Positions 19,996 through 29,493 of a stretch of 64,000 bases of DNA are shown here, piece after piece (position 1 is the first letter of the stretch; every line of letters starts with the position of its first letter). The translations under genes and the position numbers were made by a program. The notes beneath the pieces are model-generated. The model saw only the letters and a program-made list of their open reading frames with translations. It did no database searches and was not told the origin of the DNA. Source of the stretch: an uncultured delta proteobacterium (GTDB lineage Bacteria > Desulfobacterota > WTBG01); assembly GCA_963793865.1 (NCBI GenBank), contig CAWCBP010000008.1:416001-480000 (forward strand), read 5' to 3'.

Positions 19996-20736
19996 ATGAA
20001 TTTCTATCCCATTTTCAAGAAGGAACTGAAATCGTACTTTTCATCCCTTGTCGCCTATATCGTGCTGGCGGTTTTCCTGGTCATATCAGGCTATTACTTT
20101 TATACCGATCTGGCGCTGTTCGTCCTCTGGGGCGGATCCAGCACCCAGGAAGGCTTATGGCAGTACCTTTTCCACGATATCCGGCTGATCCTGCTTTTGA
20201 CCATTCCGCTTCTGACCATGCGGCTCTTCGCGGAAGAAAAAAAGCTGGGCACCATTGAGCTGCTGTTTACCTACCCCTTCCGGGACAGCGAGATCCTGCT
20301 GGGGAAGTTTCTGGCCTGCCTGGCGGTGTTCACCCTGATGATCGGACTGACCATTCTCTATCCCATCCTTCTGGCAATGGTCTACGAGGTTGAGGTGTGG
20401 CCGCTGGCCGCCAGCTACCTCGGCTTGTTCCTGCTCGGCGCTTCCTTTATCTCCTGCGGAATCATGGTAAGCTCCCTCACCGAGAATCAGATTGTCGCCG
20501 CGCTGGTCTCCTCGGGCATCATCATGGCGTTCTGGTTTATCGACTGGAACGAGGCGGCGGTATCACCGGCGGTGGCCGAGGTGCTGCACCACATCTCCTT
20601 TTTTGAGCACTTCTACAATTTTGTCAGGGGGGTGGTTGAGACCAAGGACGTAATCTATTTCGTGCTGTTTACCTTTTTCTTCCTTTTCTTGACCCTGCGA
20701 TCGCTTGAATCAAGACGGTGGAGAGGCATACGGTGA
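19996..20736 (+). CDS. ABC-2 permease (GldF-like)
   Basis: KKELKSYF, TMRLFAEEKKLGTIELL, SSLTENQIVA; six hydrophobic segments. Confidence 0.9.
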   Translation: MNFYPIFKKELKSYFSSLVAYIVLAVFLVISGYYFYTDLALFVLWGGSSTQEGLWQYLFHDIRLILLLTIPLLTMRLFAEEKKLGTIELLFTYPFRDSEILLGKFLACLAVFTLMIGLTILYPILLAMVYEVEVWPLAASYLGLFLLGASFISCGIMVSSLTENQIVAALVSSGIIMAFWFIDWNEAAVSPAVAEVLHHISFFEHFYNFVRGVVETKDVIYFVLFTFFFLFLTLRSLESRRWRGIR

Positions 20737-22313
20737 AGGGATTGAAAACCATCTTCGGCATACTGTCTGCGGCGGTTATCCTGGTGAGCCTGGTCGTCTA
20801 TCTGACCGCGGACAGCCTGCTGACGCCGGCCGCCATCGGCCTGCTTGCCGGGATGGTGTGCCTGCTCATCTACATCGCGGCGAGCTTTCAGGAGCTGAGC
20901 CTTTTTTTCAGCCGCCAGTCAACCAGGCAGGGGCTGAACCTCATGGTCTATGCCCTGGTCATTCTGGCAATCATCGGCATCGTAGAGGTTATTGCCTCGC
21001 GGAACAACAAGCGGTTTGACCTGACCGCCGAGAAGTCCTTAAGCCTTGCTCCGATTACCCGGAAGGTGCTGCGGGAACTGAACCGGGATGTGAAGGTGAC
21101 CGTGTTTTATCAGCGGGACCAGATTTTTGAGTTCAGGGACCTCCTGAAACAGTACTCAAATGAAACCGACAGGATAACCTATCGGTTCTTCAACCTGGAC
21201 CAGAATCCCGGCATGGCCAAGGAATACCGGGTCGCCAGTTACGGGGGCATGGTGATCGAGTCCGGGGGGAAGCGGAAAAACTTTAATTACTGCACCGAGG
21301 AAAATATTACCAACGGCATCATTGTAGTTACCCGCGACAAACAGGCGGTGGTTTATTTTCTTACCGGGCATGGGGAGAGCGATTCCGAAAGCCCGGATAA
21401 GCGGGAAGGGTACAGCCAGGCCAGAACCGCCCTGACAGCGGAGGGATATGAGGTCAAGAGCCTGCTGCTTGTCCGGGAGAGCAGTGTCCCGGCCGACGCT
21501 TCAGTGGTGATTGTGAACGGTCCCCGGCAGGAGCTTTTCGAGGGTGAGCTTCGCGCGCTGGCGGACTATCTCGCCCGGGGGGGAAGGATTCTCTTTTTGA
21601 TCGATCCCTATACCGTTCCCGGACTGGTTGAATTTCTGAAGGACTATAATGTGCTGGTGGGCGCCAATATGGTGGTGGACAAGGAAAGCAAGCTGGTTGC
21701 CGGGGATGTGTTTTCTCCCGTGGTCCCGCTGTATCGAAAGCACCCCATTACGATTGACTTCGAGGTGGCCACGGTTTTCCCCCTGGTATCATCGGTGGAG
21801 GTGATGGATCCTCCCCGGAACGAGAAGTTCATTGCCGATCCGCTGGCGCTGACCACGGAGGACAGCTGGGCGGAGACCAGCAGGGAGAGCATTAAGCAGG
21901 GTGCGGTCTATTTCCAGGAGTGGGAGGATAAAAAGGGGCCCGTTTCCATAGCCGTGGTCGGGGAGTTCCGACCGGCTGTGAAAAATGCGGATGCGCAGGG
22001 TGAGGCGGAGGATAAGACCACGACCCCGCCCCCGGGACGCATGATTGTCTGCGGCGATTCCGATTTCGCCAACAACCTCTATTTCACCGTGCTCGGGAAC
22101 AAGGACTTTTTTCTCAACATGGTCGGCTGGCTGGCCGAGGCTGAAGAACTTATTTCCATACGGCATAAAAAAGAGGAAACCACACCCTTCTCGCCGCTCT
22201 TTCTTACCGAGAACCAGAAGCAGCTCATGTTCTGGCTGTCAACCGTGGCGCTGCCGCTTATAATATTAATCATCGGCATTGTGGTGTACGCGCGGAGAAA
22301 ATTGCGGGGCTAG
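20733..22313 (+). CDS. GldG-family ABC auxiliary component
   Basis: RFDLTAEK, VYFLTGHGE, GDSDFANN, NKDFFLNMVGWL, C-terminal TM; GTGA overlap with the permease. Confidence 0.88.
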   Translation: MKGLKTIFGILSAAVILVSLVVYLTADSLLTPAAIGLLAGMVCLLIYIAASFQELSLFFSRQSTRQGLNLMVYALVILAIIGIVEVIASRNNKRFDLTAEKSLSLAPITRKVLRELNRDVKVTVFYQRDQIFEFRDLLKQYSNETDRITYRFFNLDQNPGMAKEYRVASYGGMVIESGGKRKNFNYCTEENITNGIIVVTRDKQAVVYFLTGHGESDSESPDKREGYSQARTALTAEGYEVKSLLLVRESSVPADASVVIVNGPRQELFEGELRALADYLARGGRILFLIDPYTVPGLVEFLKDYNVLVGANMVVDKESKLVAGDVFSPVVPLYRKHPITIDFEVATVFPLVSSVEVMDPPRNEKFIADPLALTTEDSWAETSRESIKQGAVYFQEWEDKKGPVSIAVVGEFRPAVKNADAQGEAEDKTTTPPPGRMIVCGDSDFANNLYFTVLGNKDFFLNMVGWLAEAEELISIRHKKEETTPFSPLFLTENQKQLMFWLSTVALPLIILIIGIVVYARRKLRG

Positions 22314-22403
22314 CAGGCTGTTGAAAAACGCCCGGCTGATTGTGGCTCAAGGGAGGAGGGGCTTTTGATGCCGCAACAATGTGTCTTTACGCTTAGGGCA
22401 GCC

Positions 22404-23201
22404 TCAGGACAGCTTTAAAACCCTCTTTGCGTTTTCGCGGAACAGTTTCTTTTTGTCTTCCTCCGAGAGAAAGTCAGCGCTGTTGACCACCCGGATGGTA
22501 TCCTCCAGATTAAAAATCCCGTCAGAGCCGAAGAGCACCCGCTGCGGTCCCCATGCCGAGATGAATTTGCGCAGGGTGGGCAGCACGACTTCATATCCCA
22601 GCGCCCCCTCTATCTGCGGCAGGGTTGAAATATCAGCGAAGACATTACCCGCATAGAGCCCGACCAGGATCGCCTCCTCCACCCAGGGATAGCCCGCGTG
22701 CGCCATGATGATGGTCATCTCCGGAAAATCCACCGCCACGTCATCAAGATAAATGGGATGGCAGTATTTCACCCTCGTTCCCTCGGAAGGCGCCTTCACC
22801 CCGGTGTGAAACATGACCGGGATGCCGTGCTCGGTCGCCAGCTTGTACACGGGGTAGAGTCGTTCATCATTGGGATAGTGTCCCGCGTGGGGATTGATCT
22901 TGATGCCCCGCAGCCCCAGGTCGTGGACGGCGCGCTCCACCCGCCGGAGGTTGTAGTCGGTGCCCCGGTCGGGATGCACCGCGGTAAAGCCGATGAAGCG
23001 ATCGGGATGGGATTTTACAAAGTCAGCGGTCTCCTCATCGGGAAGATTTGATCCCTGCTGGTCACCCATTTTTCCGTAATCCTTCCCGAGGATGACCGCT
23101 TTTTCCACCCCGTTTTCATCCATGGCCTTAAGGTATTCCTCGACCGGGAGATGATAGGGGCTGCTCTTGACGGTTAAATGATTGTGGATGTCTATGATCA
23201 T
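22404..23201 (-). CDS. Amidohydrolase family 2 protein
   Basis: IIDIHNH, GIKINP, MFHTG, MAHAG, LFGSDG. Confidence 0.88.
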   Translation of the reverse strand: MIIDIHNHLTVKSSPYHLPVEEYLKAMDENGVEKAVILGKDYGKMGDQQGSNLPDEETADFVKSHPDRFIGFTAVHPDRGTDYNLRRVERAVHDLGLRGIKINPHAGHYPNDERLYPVYKLATEHGIPVMFHTGVKAPSEGTRVKYCHPIYLDDVAVDFPEMTIIMAHAGYPWVEEAILVGLYAGNVFADISTLPQIEGALGYEVVLPTLRKFISAWGPQRVLFGSDGIFNLEDTIRVVNSADFLSEEDKKKLFRENAKRVLKLS

Positions 23202-23211
23202 CGTAACCTCC

Positions 23212-23829
23212 TTAATGAGAAAAAATGGCCCGGTGCACGAGGGGGACCATAAGGGTGCCTATCTGTTTATATCCTTCGACTGAAAGGTGAACGCCGTCCC
23301 CCGAGTCGAATCTGTCTGCCAGGAATGCGTCTTCATCCTTCAATGCCCCGAACCAGTCGGCAAAAAAAACCCCGTTCGCTGCCGAGGCGTATTTCTCTAT
23401 GGCCAGGTTGACCTTTTTAATCGGAGCGCCGTATCCCTGCAGGCTTATGGGGGGGATGGTCGGCGCGATGACCGGGATCCCGCGGCTCCTGCATGCCTCA
23501 TATCCTTCCGTGAGATGTTTCATAATCTGTTCTTCGCTGATCATGCCCAGGTCATTCGTGCCGCCGGCAAGTATTGCCAGATCACAGCGCCGGCTTGCAA
23601 GGGAACGAAACAGGCGGGCTACTATGCCCCGGGACGAGTCTCCGCACACTCCCTCATTGATGAGCCTGAACTCATGGTCCGGCACTTCGGCGAGCAGTCC
23701 CTCCCGCAGCCAGAACTGGTATGATGATTCGGGGTCTCCTCCCGTCAGCGGATCATAATCCGGAAAGCCTGCAGTATGCGAATCTCCGATGCAGAGGATG
23801 GTAAAACCGGCCTGTGATTTTTTACCCAT
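23212..23829 (-). CDS. SGNH/GDSL hydrolase
   Basis: IGDSHT, NEGVCG, GGTND, DGVH. Confidence 0.88.
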   Translation of the reverse strand: MGKKSQAGFTILCIGDSHTAGFPDYDPLTGGDPESSYQFWLREGLLAEVPDHEFRLINEGVCGDSSRGIVARLFRSLASRRCDLAILAGGTNDLGMISEEQIMKHLTEGYEACRSRGIPVIAPTIPPISLQGYGAPIKKVNLAIEKYASAANGVFFADWFGALKDEDAFLADRFDSGDGVHLSVEGYKQIGTLMVPLVHRAIFSH

Positions 23830-24040
23830 ATTGCTTAATTGCAGTTTTTGAATTCTTTAGAGGGGCGACCGGCCGGTCGCCCCTACGATTAATACAATAC
23901 CATGAACATGGCGGGGCATAACCTTCGTATTCCTACCATAGCCGTCCCCGCTTGTCATCTTTTTGTTGCTTGTGCGGGCAGGGTGGTGATATAGATTATA
24001 GTATTAAATCCTGCGATCAAGTCGCAGGATAACGGTTGAT

Positions 24041-24104
24041 GTGGAGGGTCATGCTCTGTCGTGGCCGTGCACACTATTCGGACGCTACGGAGCGTGTCCC
24101 TCCC
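24041..24104. repeat. TGGAGGG...CCCTCC REP-like doublet; second copy at 62822-62886
   Basis: TGGAGGGYCATGCTCTGTCRTGGCCG-N-GGACGCKACGGAGCGYGTCCCTCC; both copies are followed by a GTAG REP. Confidence 0.75.
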
Positions 24105-24195
24105 TGTGATTTTTTATCCACCTGTAGGGGCGACCGGCCGGTCGCCCTTACAGAGACCTTATTTTCGTGCGAAACCCTTTGAAAGGAAACAGGCC

Positions 24196-25128
24196 ATGAT
24201 CATTGACATACACACGCATCTGTTTAACCGGGGATGGGTTCCGAAGGGTTTTTTTTACGGGGTGGCGCGGTTTATCACCCATGAATTTGCCAAGCAGGGC
24301 ATAGACGAATCAAACGAGTCGGTGGGAGACGGCATCATGGAGGGAAGCGGCGATCCTGACGCGGAAATGCTCCTGGCCGAAATGGACGAAGCCGGCATTG
24401 ACAAAAGCGTTATATTCCCCGTCGATTTCGGCCTGGCGCTGGGAGACCCGGAGGTCCCCATCGAAACCGTCAACAGGAAATTTGCCGAGCTGGCGCAAAA
24501 ACACCCCGACCGGCTCTGCGCCTTCGCGAGCGTTGATCCTCTGCGCAAGGGCGCGCTCGACCTGTGGAAGCGGTGCGTGGAGGAGTGGGGCATGAAGGGG
24601 CTGAAACTTCACCCCTGCTCCGGCTTTTATCCCAACCAGCAGGAGGTCTATCCGCTGCTCCAAAAGGCATGCGATTGGAAGCTTCCCGTCCTCATCCATT
24701 CGGGGTCGATGATGGTCCCGCTCAGGAGCAAGTATTCGCAGCCCATCCACTTCGATGACCTGGGCGCTGATTTCCCCGACCTCCCCATTATAGCCGCGCA
24801 CGCGGGCGGCAACTTCAGCTACCCGCAGATGATCTCCATCATGAGCGTCAAGCTCAACATCATGGCCGACATTTCGGCCTGGCAGGTGCTGGCGATAAAG
24901 AGCTACCCGGCATTCTGCAAGGCGCTCCGCGATCTGTTCGATTTTGTGGAGCCCGGCAGGATACTCTTCGGCTCTGACAGTCCTTCCTTCCGCTCCCTCA
25001 TGTCCAACCGGGACTGGGTGCAGCTCATAAAAGACCTGCCGAACAGCGCGCCCGCGGGCATCTCCTTCACAGAAGATGAGGTGAGAGCGGTTCTGGGGGG
25101 AAATGCTCAGAAACTGCTTGGATTATGA
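24196..25128 (+). CDS. Amidohydrolase family 2 protein
   Basis: IIDIHTH, GLKLHP, LIHSG, AAHAG, LFGSDSP; the upstream ORF extension is repeat-derived. Confidence 0.88.
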   Translation: MIIDIHTHLFNRGWVPKGFFYGVARFITHEFAKQGIDESNESVGDGIMEGSGDPDAEMLLAEMDEAGIDKSVIFPVDFGLALGDPEVPIETVNRKFAELAQKHPDRLCAFASVDPLRKGALDLWKRCVEEWGMKGLKLHPCSGFYPNQQEVYPLLQKACDWKLPVLIHSGSMMVPLRSKYSQPIHFDDLGADFPDLPIIAAHAGGNFSYPQMISIMSVKLNIMADISAWQVLAIKSYPAFCKALRDLFDFVEPGRILFGSDSPSFRSLMSNRDWVQLIKDLPNSAPAGISFTEDEVRAVLGGNAQKLLGL

Positions 25129-25290
25129 TAAGCCCGCACTGATTCAGCGGCTTTCTGTTGTGGCGCGACGGTTGAGAAGGGCGGTCATGCGGAGTACAAC
25201 AGGCTCAAAAACGGCTTGACAGTCTGACCGCTAAGCAATAGATTTCACTGTGTGACCGGCAACAAACACTAATTACGCTAAGGAGGATGT

Positions 25291-25719
25291 ATGAGAAAGG
25301 GTGTGTGTGCGTTGGTTTGGGCTGCCATCTTCTGCTTCCTGATTGCCGCACCGTCGCTCGCGGCCGATGCAAAGCAGGGCACGGCCGAAAAAGCCGAGTG
25401 GCAGAAAAAGATGGATGATCTTAAGAAGCAGCGAGAGCAAAAGATTGAGGAAATGAAAAAAGGCAAGACGGCAACTGATTCCCAGGCGGGGCAGAAGCAG
25501 CAGCAGGAGGGCGTAAAGGAGGAGCAGGGGGAGAAAAAAGCGGGCGATAAGGAAACCATGCAGCAGGAACGTGCCCTGGATAAGGACAAAAAGGAAACAA
25601 TCAAGGATGAAAGAAAGCAAAAGCTGGATGAGATAAAGGATGCGCAAGAACAGAGCCGGGATGAGCACAAGCAGAAAATGGATGAGCTGAAGGAGATTAA
25701 CAAGGGGGAAGAAGAGTAG
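25291..25719 (+). CDS. Secreted highly charged (K/E/Q-rich) coiled-coil hypothetical protein
   Basis: AAGGAGG RBS, signal peptide ending SLA, low-complexity charged body. Confidence 0.75.
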   Translation: MRKGVCALVWAAIFCFLIAAPSLAADAKQGTAEKAEWQKKMDDLKKQREQKIEEMKKGKTATDSQAGQKQQQEGVKEEQGEKKAGDKETMQQERALDKDKKETIKDERKQKLDEIKDAQEQSRDEHKQKMDELKEINKGEEE

Positions 25720-25824
25720 GAGCAATAAACCCTCTTCCTCCTTATGCAAGGTCTAAGTATTACAAAAATGTAGGGGCGACCGGCCGGTCGCCCCTACTGA
25801 ACTGCCCTTATAAAGCCCGCCGCC

Positions 25825-27147
25825 ATGATGCCGTCATCCGCCCCGAAAAAAATTTCCGTCTTTGACACGATCTGCCTCGGCGTCAATGCCATCATCGGCT
25901 CCGGCATATTCCTTTTCCCGGGACTGCTGGCCAGGGAGGTGGGACCTGCCTCCATTCTTGCCTTTCTGGTCTGCGGCGTCCTGCTGGTTGCCGTCGCGCT
26001 CTGTTATGCCGAACTGGGAAGCATCTACACCCGCAATGGCGGGTCCTATGTGTATGCGAAGGAGGCCTTCGGGCCCCTCATCGGGTTCGGGGTCGGATGG
26101 ATTTCCTGGGTCACCGCCATTTTCAGCTGGGCGGCAGTGGCCAACGCGGTCAGTCCGTACCTTGGCTATTTTCACCCCTTCTTCGGCACCTATCCGGCGG
26201 GGAAGTGCATAGCCGTTATCATGATGGCGGCATTCGGTGCGGTCAACTACCGGGGTATCAAGCCGGGAGCGCGGGTGGTCAATGTGCTTACGGTGGCCAA
26301 GGTGCTCCCGCTGGTGCTCTTCGTGGCGGCCGGGAGTTTTTTCATTAACCCCGATCACTACAGGCCGTTTTGGGGATCGGGAACGGGCAGTTTCAACTAC
26401 GCGGTGTTTCTTGCCCTCTGGGCCCTGCAGGGTTTTGAGACAACCCCCATCCCGTCGGGGGAATCCCGGAACCCGCAAAAAGCCGTGCCCATAGCCGCCC
26501 TGGGCTCTCTCATCTTCTGCGCCTTCATCTATGTGCTCATTCAGGCGGTGGCGGTGGGGGTGTACCCGGGTCTCGCCGGTTCGGGAACGAGACCGCTTGC
26601 CGAGGCGTGCGCCCGGTTCCTGGGTCCGGCGGGCGGCTCAATTATCGCCATCGGGGCGGTTATATCCATGATCGGGTATAACGCGGGCAACGCCCTCGGG
26701 AGCCCGAGATTTCTCTCGGCGCTTTCGGAGGACCGGTTCCTGCCGGGCAGGCTCGCCGCTTTGCACCCGCGCTTCCTGACGCCCACCGATTCAATTCTTA
26801 TCACAACGGCTCTGGCGATCATTGCCGCGCTTTTTTTTAATTTTGACAGCCTGGTTGCCTTGAGCAATGTCGTGGTTATAACCCAGTACCTTTCCACCTG
26901 CACCGCATTGCTGTGGTTGAGGCGCACGCAACCCGGCCTGCACAGACCGTTCAGGACGCCCTGGGCAATCGCGGTTGCGCTCATCGGCTGCGCGGTGAGC
27001 CTGTGGCTCATCAAGCAGGTGCGGCCCGCGGACCTGGCGCTGTCCGCAGCGGTCCTCGCGGTCGGCTTTCTGTGCATGTGGTTTTTCCGCACAAAACAGG
27101 CTCCGGGAGGTAAAGACAACCCTGTCCGGAGTCTCCTTGACGCCTGA
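25825..27147 (+). CDS. APC family amino acid permease
   Basis: GVNAIIGSGIF, YAEL...GGSYVYAKEAFG, QGFE, ~12 TM segments. Confidence 0.9.
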   Translation: MMPSSAPKKISVFDTICLGVNAIIGSGIFLFPGLLAREVGPASILAFLVCGVLLVAVALCYAELGSIYTRNGGSYVYAKEAFGPLIGFGVGWISWVTAIFSWAAVANAVSPYLGYFHPFFGTYPAGKCIAVIMMAAFGAVNYRGIKPGARVVNVLTVAKVLPLVLFVAAGSFFINPDHYRPFWGSGTGSFNYAVFLALWALQGFETTPIPSGESRNPQKAVPIAALGSLIFCAFIYVLIQAVAVGVYPGLAGSGTRPLAEACARFLGPAGGSIIAIGAVISMIGYNAGNALGSPRFLSALSEDRFLPGRLAALHPRFLTPTDSILITTALAIIAALFFNFDSLVALSNVVVITQYLSTCTALLWLRRTQPGLHRPFRTPWAIAVALIGCAVSLWLIKQVRPADLALSAAVLAVGFLCMWFFRTKQAPGGKDNPVRSLLDA

Positions 27148-27195
27148 GGAAAACTATTTTTTAAACAACCTGCCGGTATACTGCGACGCCATTTT

Positions 27196-27609
27196 ATGCT
27201 ACACAGTTTCTCTCTATCGATGAGCCGTGCGTTCCGGGACATGATGATCGCGCATGCCCTCGAAGAAGTGCCCAATGAATGCTGCGGGTTGCTGCTGGGG
27301 AGCGGCGGCGTGGTTGAGCGCGTCATTTCCGTGAAAAGCGACCCTCCCGCGCCCGACAGCTACTACATGGACCCCGTCCGGCAGGTCGAGGTATTCGAGG
27401 AGATGCAACAGCATGGTCAGTCGCTGATCGGCATTTACCACTCCCATCCCCGGGGCCCGGCCGAACCCTCGGGCGCCGATGTGCAAATGGCGTATCATCG
27501 CGGTGTGGCCTATGTCATCATCTCCCTTGCCGATGCGGGCAATCCTGACGTGCGCGCCTTTGTGCTGCAGGACGGCGGGTTCGAGGAGGTGCGGTGTGTC
27601 ATCACATAG
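27196..27609 (+). CDS. JAB/MPN (JAMM) metallopeptidase, M67/Mec-like
   Basis: PNECCGLL and GIYHSHP...PSGAD (E...HxHx7Sx2D). Confidence 0.92.
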   Translation: MLHSFSLSMSRAFRDMMIAHALEEVPNECCGLLLGSGGVVERVISVKSDPPAPDSYYMDPVRQVEVFEEMQQHGQSLIGIYHSHPRGPAEPSGADVQMAYHRGVAYVIISLADAGNPDVRAFVLQDGGFEEVRCVIT

Positions 27610-28042
27610 AGTGGCCGGTTCTTTTGCCCGATTTCTTTTTTCTCGACGATACATCGCCGCAATAGACGGCCCCGAGCTTTTTTAAAAAATCAACGAGTAC
27701 AAAGCGGTGGCAGACATCCGCGCCGCCGTTGCACGAGCAGACGAGCACGATGCGCCCGCTTTCAAAAAGCTTGTTCCAGTTGAAAAGGTGATGAACCAGG
27801 CTTTCCTCAAGAAATGCGCGGTACCCGGCCTGAAACTGTTCGGGGCTTAATCTGCCGAGACGGTACTCCAGCAGCAGGGTGCGCGGCGGCGTGAACACGG
27901 CGTTGCCGCCGTTGAAGGATACATCGACTGTATCATCACCGGTGTAATCGTATTGCGCGGTATATAATGCGGTTCGGTTGCCGCTCTTTTTGAACTGCGC
28001 ACGGGCTTTTTCAACCGATAATGGAATCGCTCCCGCTCCCAT
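27602..28042 (-). CDS. Hypothetical protein, DUF488-like
   Basis: FTPPRTLL...F..GY..FLEE...IVLVCSC....CHRFVL. Confidence 0.55.
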   Translation of the reverse strand: MGAGAIPLSVEKARAQFKKSGNRTALYTAQYDYTGDDTVDVSFNGGNAVFTPPRTLLLEYRLGRLSPEQFQAGYRAFLEESLVHHLFNWNKLFESGRIVLVCSCNGGADVCHRFVLVDFLKKLGAVYCGDVSSRKKKSGKRTGHSM

Positions 28043-28215
28043 AACATGTCCCCCGTACCGGATGTGGATGGTTGGCAGCAATCAGGCGCCTTCATTGGTA
28101 CCATACCAGAAAAAATGGCGCGTTTCTATGACATAAATCAAGGCAATCCTGTGGTACTATGGTATACTGATTGAGAAGAACGGCACACACACATCACTTG
28201 AACAGGGAGGAACCA

Positions 28216-28431
28216 ATGACACGAGCTGATATGTTTGTAAACCCGGTCCGGGAAGACTGGATGACCGAGGAGCTGGTTGCCAAAATCAAGGGCGTTGCAC
28301 GGGACGGCAAAATTACCTGCGCCGCGGCACAGCAGTTTGCGCGCGACAACGGCATTGTCATGAACAGGATGAAAGCGTTCGTGGACGTTGTGGGCCTGAA
28401 GGTGCAGGGCTGCCAGCTCGGCTGTTTTTAA
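28216..28431 (+). CDS. Small conserved Cys-containing protein ending in CQLGCF
   Basis: GGGAGG RBS; DGKITCAAA...LKVQGCQLGCF. Confidence 0.75.
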   Translation: MTRADMFVNPVREDWMTEELVAKIKGVARDGKITCAAAQQFARDNGIVMNRMKAFVDVVGLKVQGCQLGCF

Positions 28432-28467
28432 CCGCTGTTGCACAGTACATCAAACCGGAGAATAATC

Positions 28468-29490
28468 ATGCAAACCACGCTTCGAGAGGACCTGCGTGCG
28501 GCGATACTGACCAAACTCGCCGCTCATGAGAACCCCCTTGAGGGCTTCTACTGCGACGAGCCAACCCGGGAATCAATACTGGCGGTTCTGATCGCCGGGC
28601 GGCATCTGCTGCTCGAAGGCCCGCCGGGCACGGGAAAAACAACCGTGGCCCGCATTATCGCATCGCTGCTGCCGTTGATGGAGACGGTGGCGGACTGCCG
28701 GTACAACTGCTTTCCCGCCGACCCCTCCTGTCCCGACTGCGCGGGCAGGAAAAGCCACAAGAAGGTCAAGGTGCCCGGCGCGCAGCGTTTCATCCGCATC
28801 CAGGGCTCGCCGGAGATGATGCCCGAAGACCTGATGGGTGATCTTGATCCGGTGCTGGCCATGAAGCTGGGGATTCAGGATGCGCGGGCCTTCACCCCCG
28901 GCAAGATCCAGAAGGCCAACCGCAAGATTCTTTTCATCGATGAGCTGAACCGAGTACCCCAGCGCACGCAGAACACGCTGGTGCAGGTGCTTGAAGAAGG
29001 CATCACCACCATTGCCGGCTTTGATCTTACCTCGATGGTCGACACCCTGGTGGTGGCTACGGAAAACCCCGAGGAGTACGCGGGCGCGGAGCGCGTCAGC
29101 GAAACCCTTTCCGACCGCTTCGAGCAGGTGCGTATAGGATATCCCTGCGCCGAAGACGAAGAAAAGATCATCGCGCGCTACGGCAAAAAGATCGACGGGG
29201 TGAAAGTCTCCGATGATCTTATCCGCCGGTCCGTGGCCATCTGCAATGTTGCTCGAAGCATGCCCGACGAGCTTGAGCGTCTTCCCAGCGTGCGCGCCAC
29301 CCTCTCCATTTATGAGCAGGCACAGTCCCTTGCGCGCTTGAAAGGGGCAAAGTCGGCGGGAAAGGCCGATGTGGAGACGGCGGCGCGGCGGGTGCTGGAG
29401 GGCCGCCTCGCCGTGAGCAGCGAAAGCAAATATTTCGAGAAGCAGGACCTGCTCATCGAAAAGATCATCGATCAGGCGAAGAAGCAGTAG
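28468..29490 (+). CDS. AAA+ ATPase, ChlI/MoxR-like
   Basis: Walker A GPPGTGKT, Cys insert CRYNC-x6-CPDC, Walker B LFIDELNR, ATENP, DRF, lid SVRA. Confidence 0.88.
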   Translation: MQTTLREDLRAAILTKLAAHENPLEGFYCDEPTRESILAVLIAGRHLLLEGPPGTGKTTVARIIASLLPLMETVADCRYNCFPADPSCPDCAGRKSHKKVKVPGAQRFIRIQGSPEMMPEDLMGDLDPVLAMKLGIQDARAFTPGKIQKANRKILFIDELNRVPQRTQNTLVQVLEEGITTIAGFDLTSMVDTLVVATENPEEYAGAERVSETLSDRFEQVRIGYPCAEDEEKIIARYGKKIDGVKVSDDLIRRSVAICNVARSMPDELERLPSVRATLSIYEQAQSLARLKGAKSAGKADVETAARRVLEGRLAVSSESKYFEKQDLLIEKIIDQAKKQ

Positions 29491-29493
29491 GCT

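Noticed and set aside
19051..22313. Gliding motility machinery
   Set aside because: GldAFG-like ABC systems are widespread, and no other gliding genes are present.
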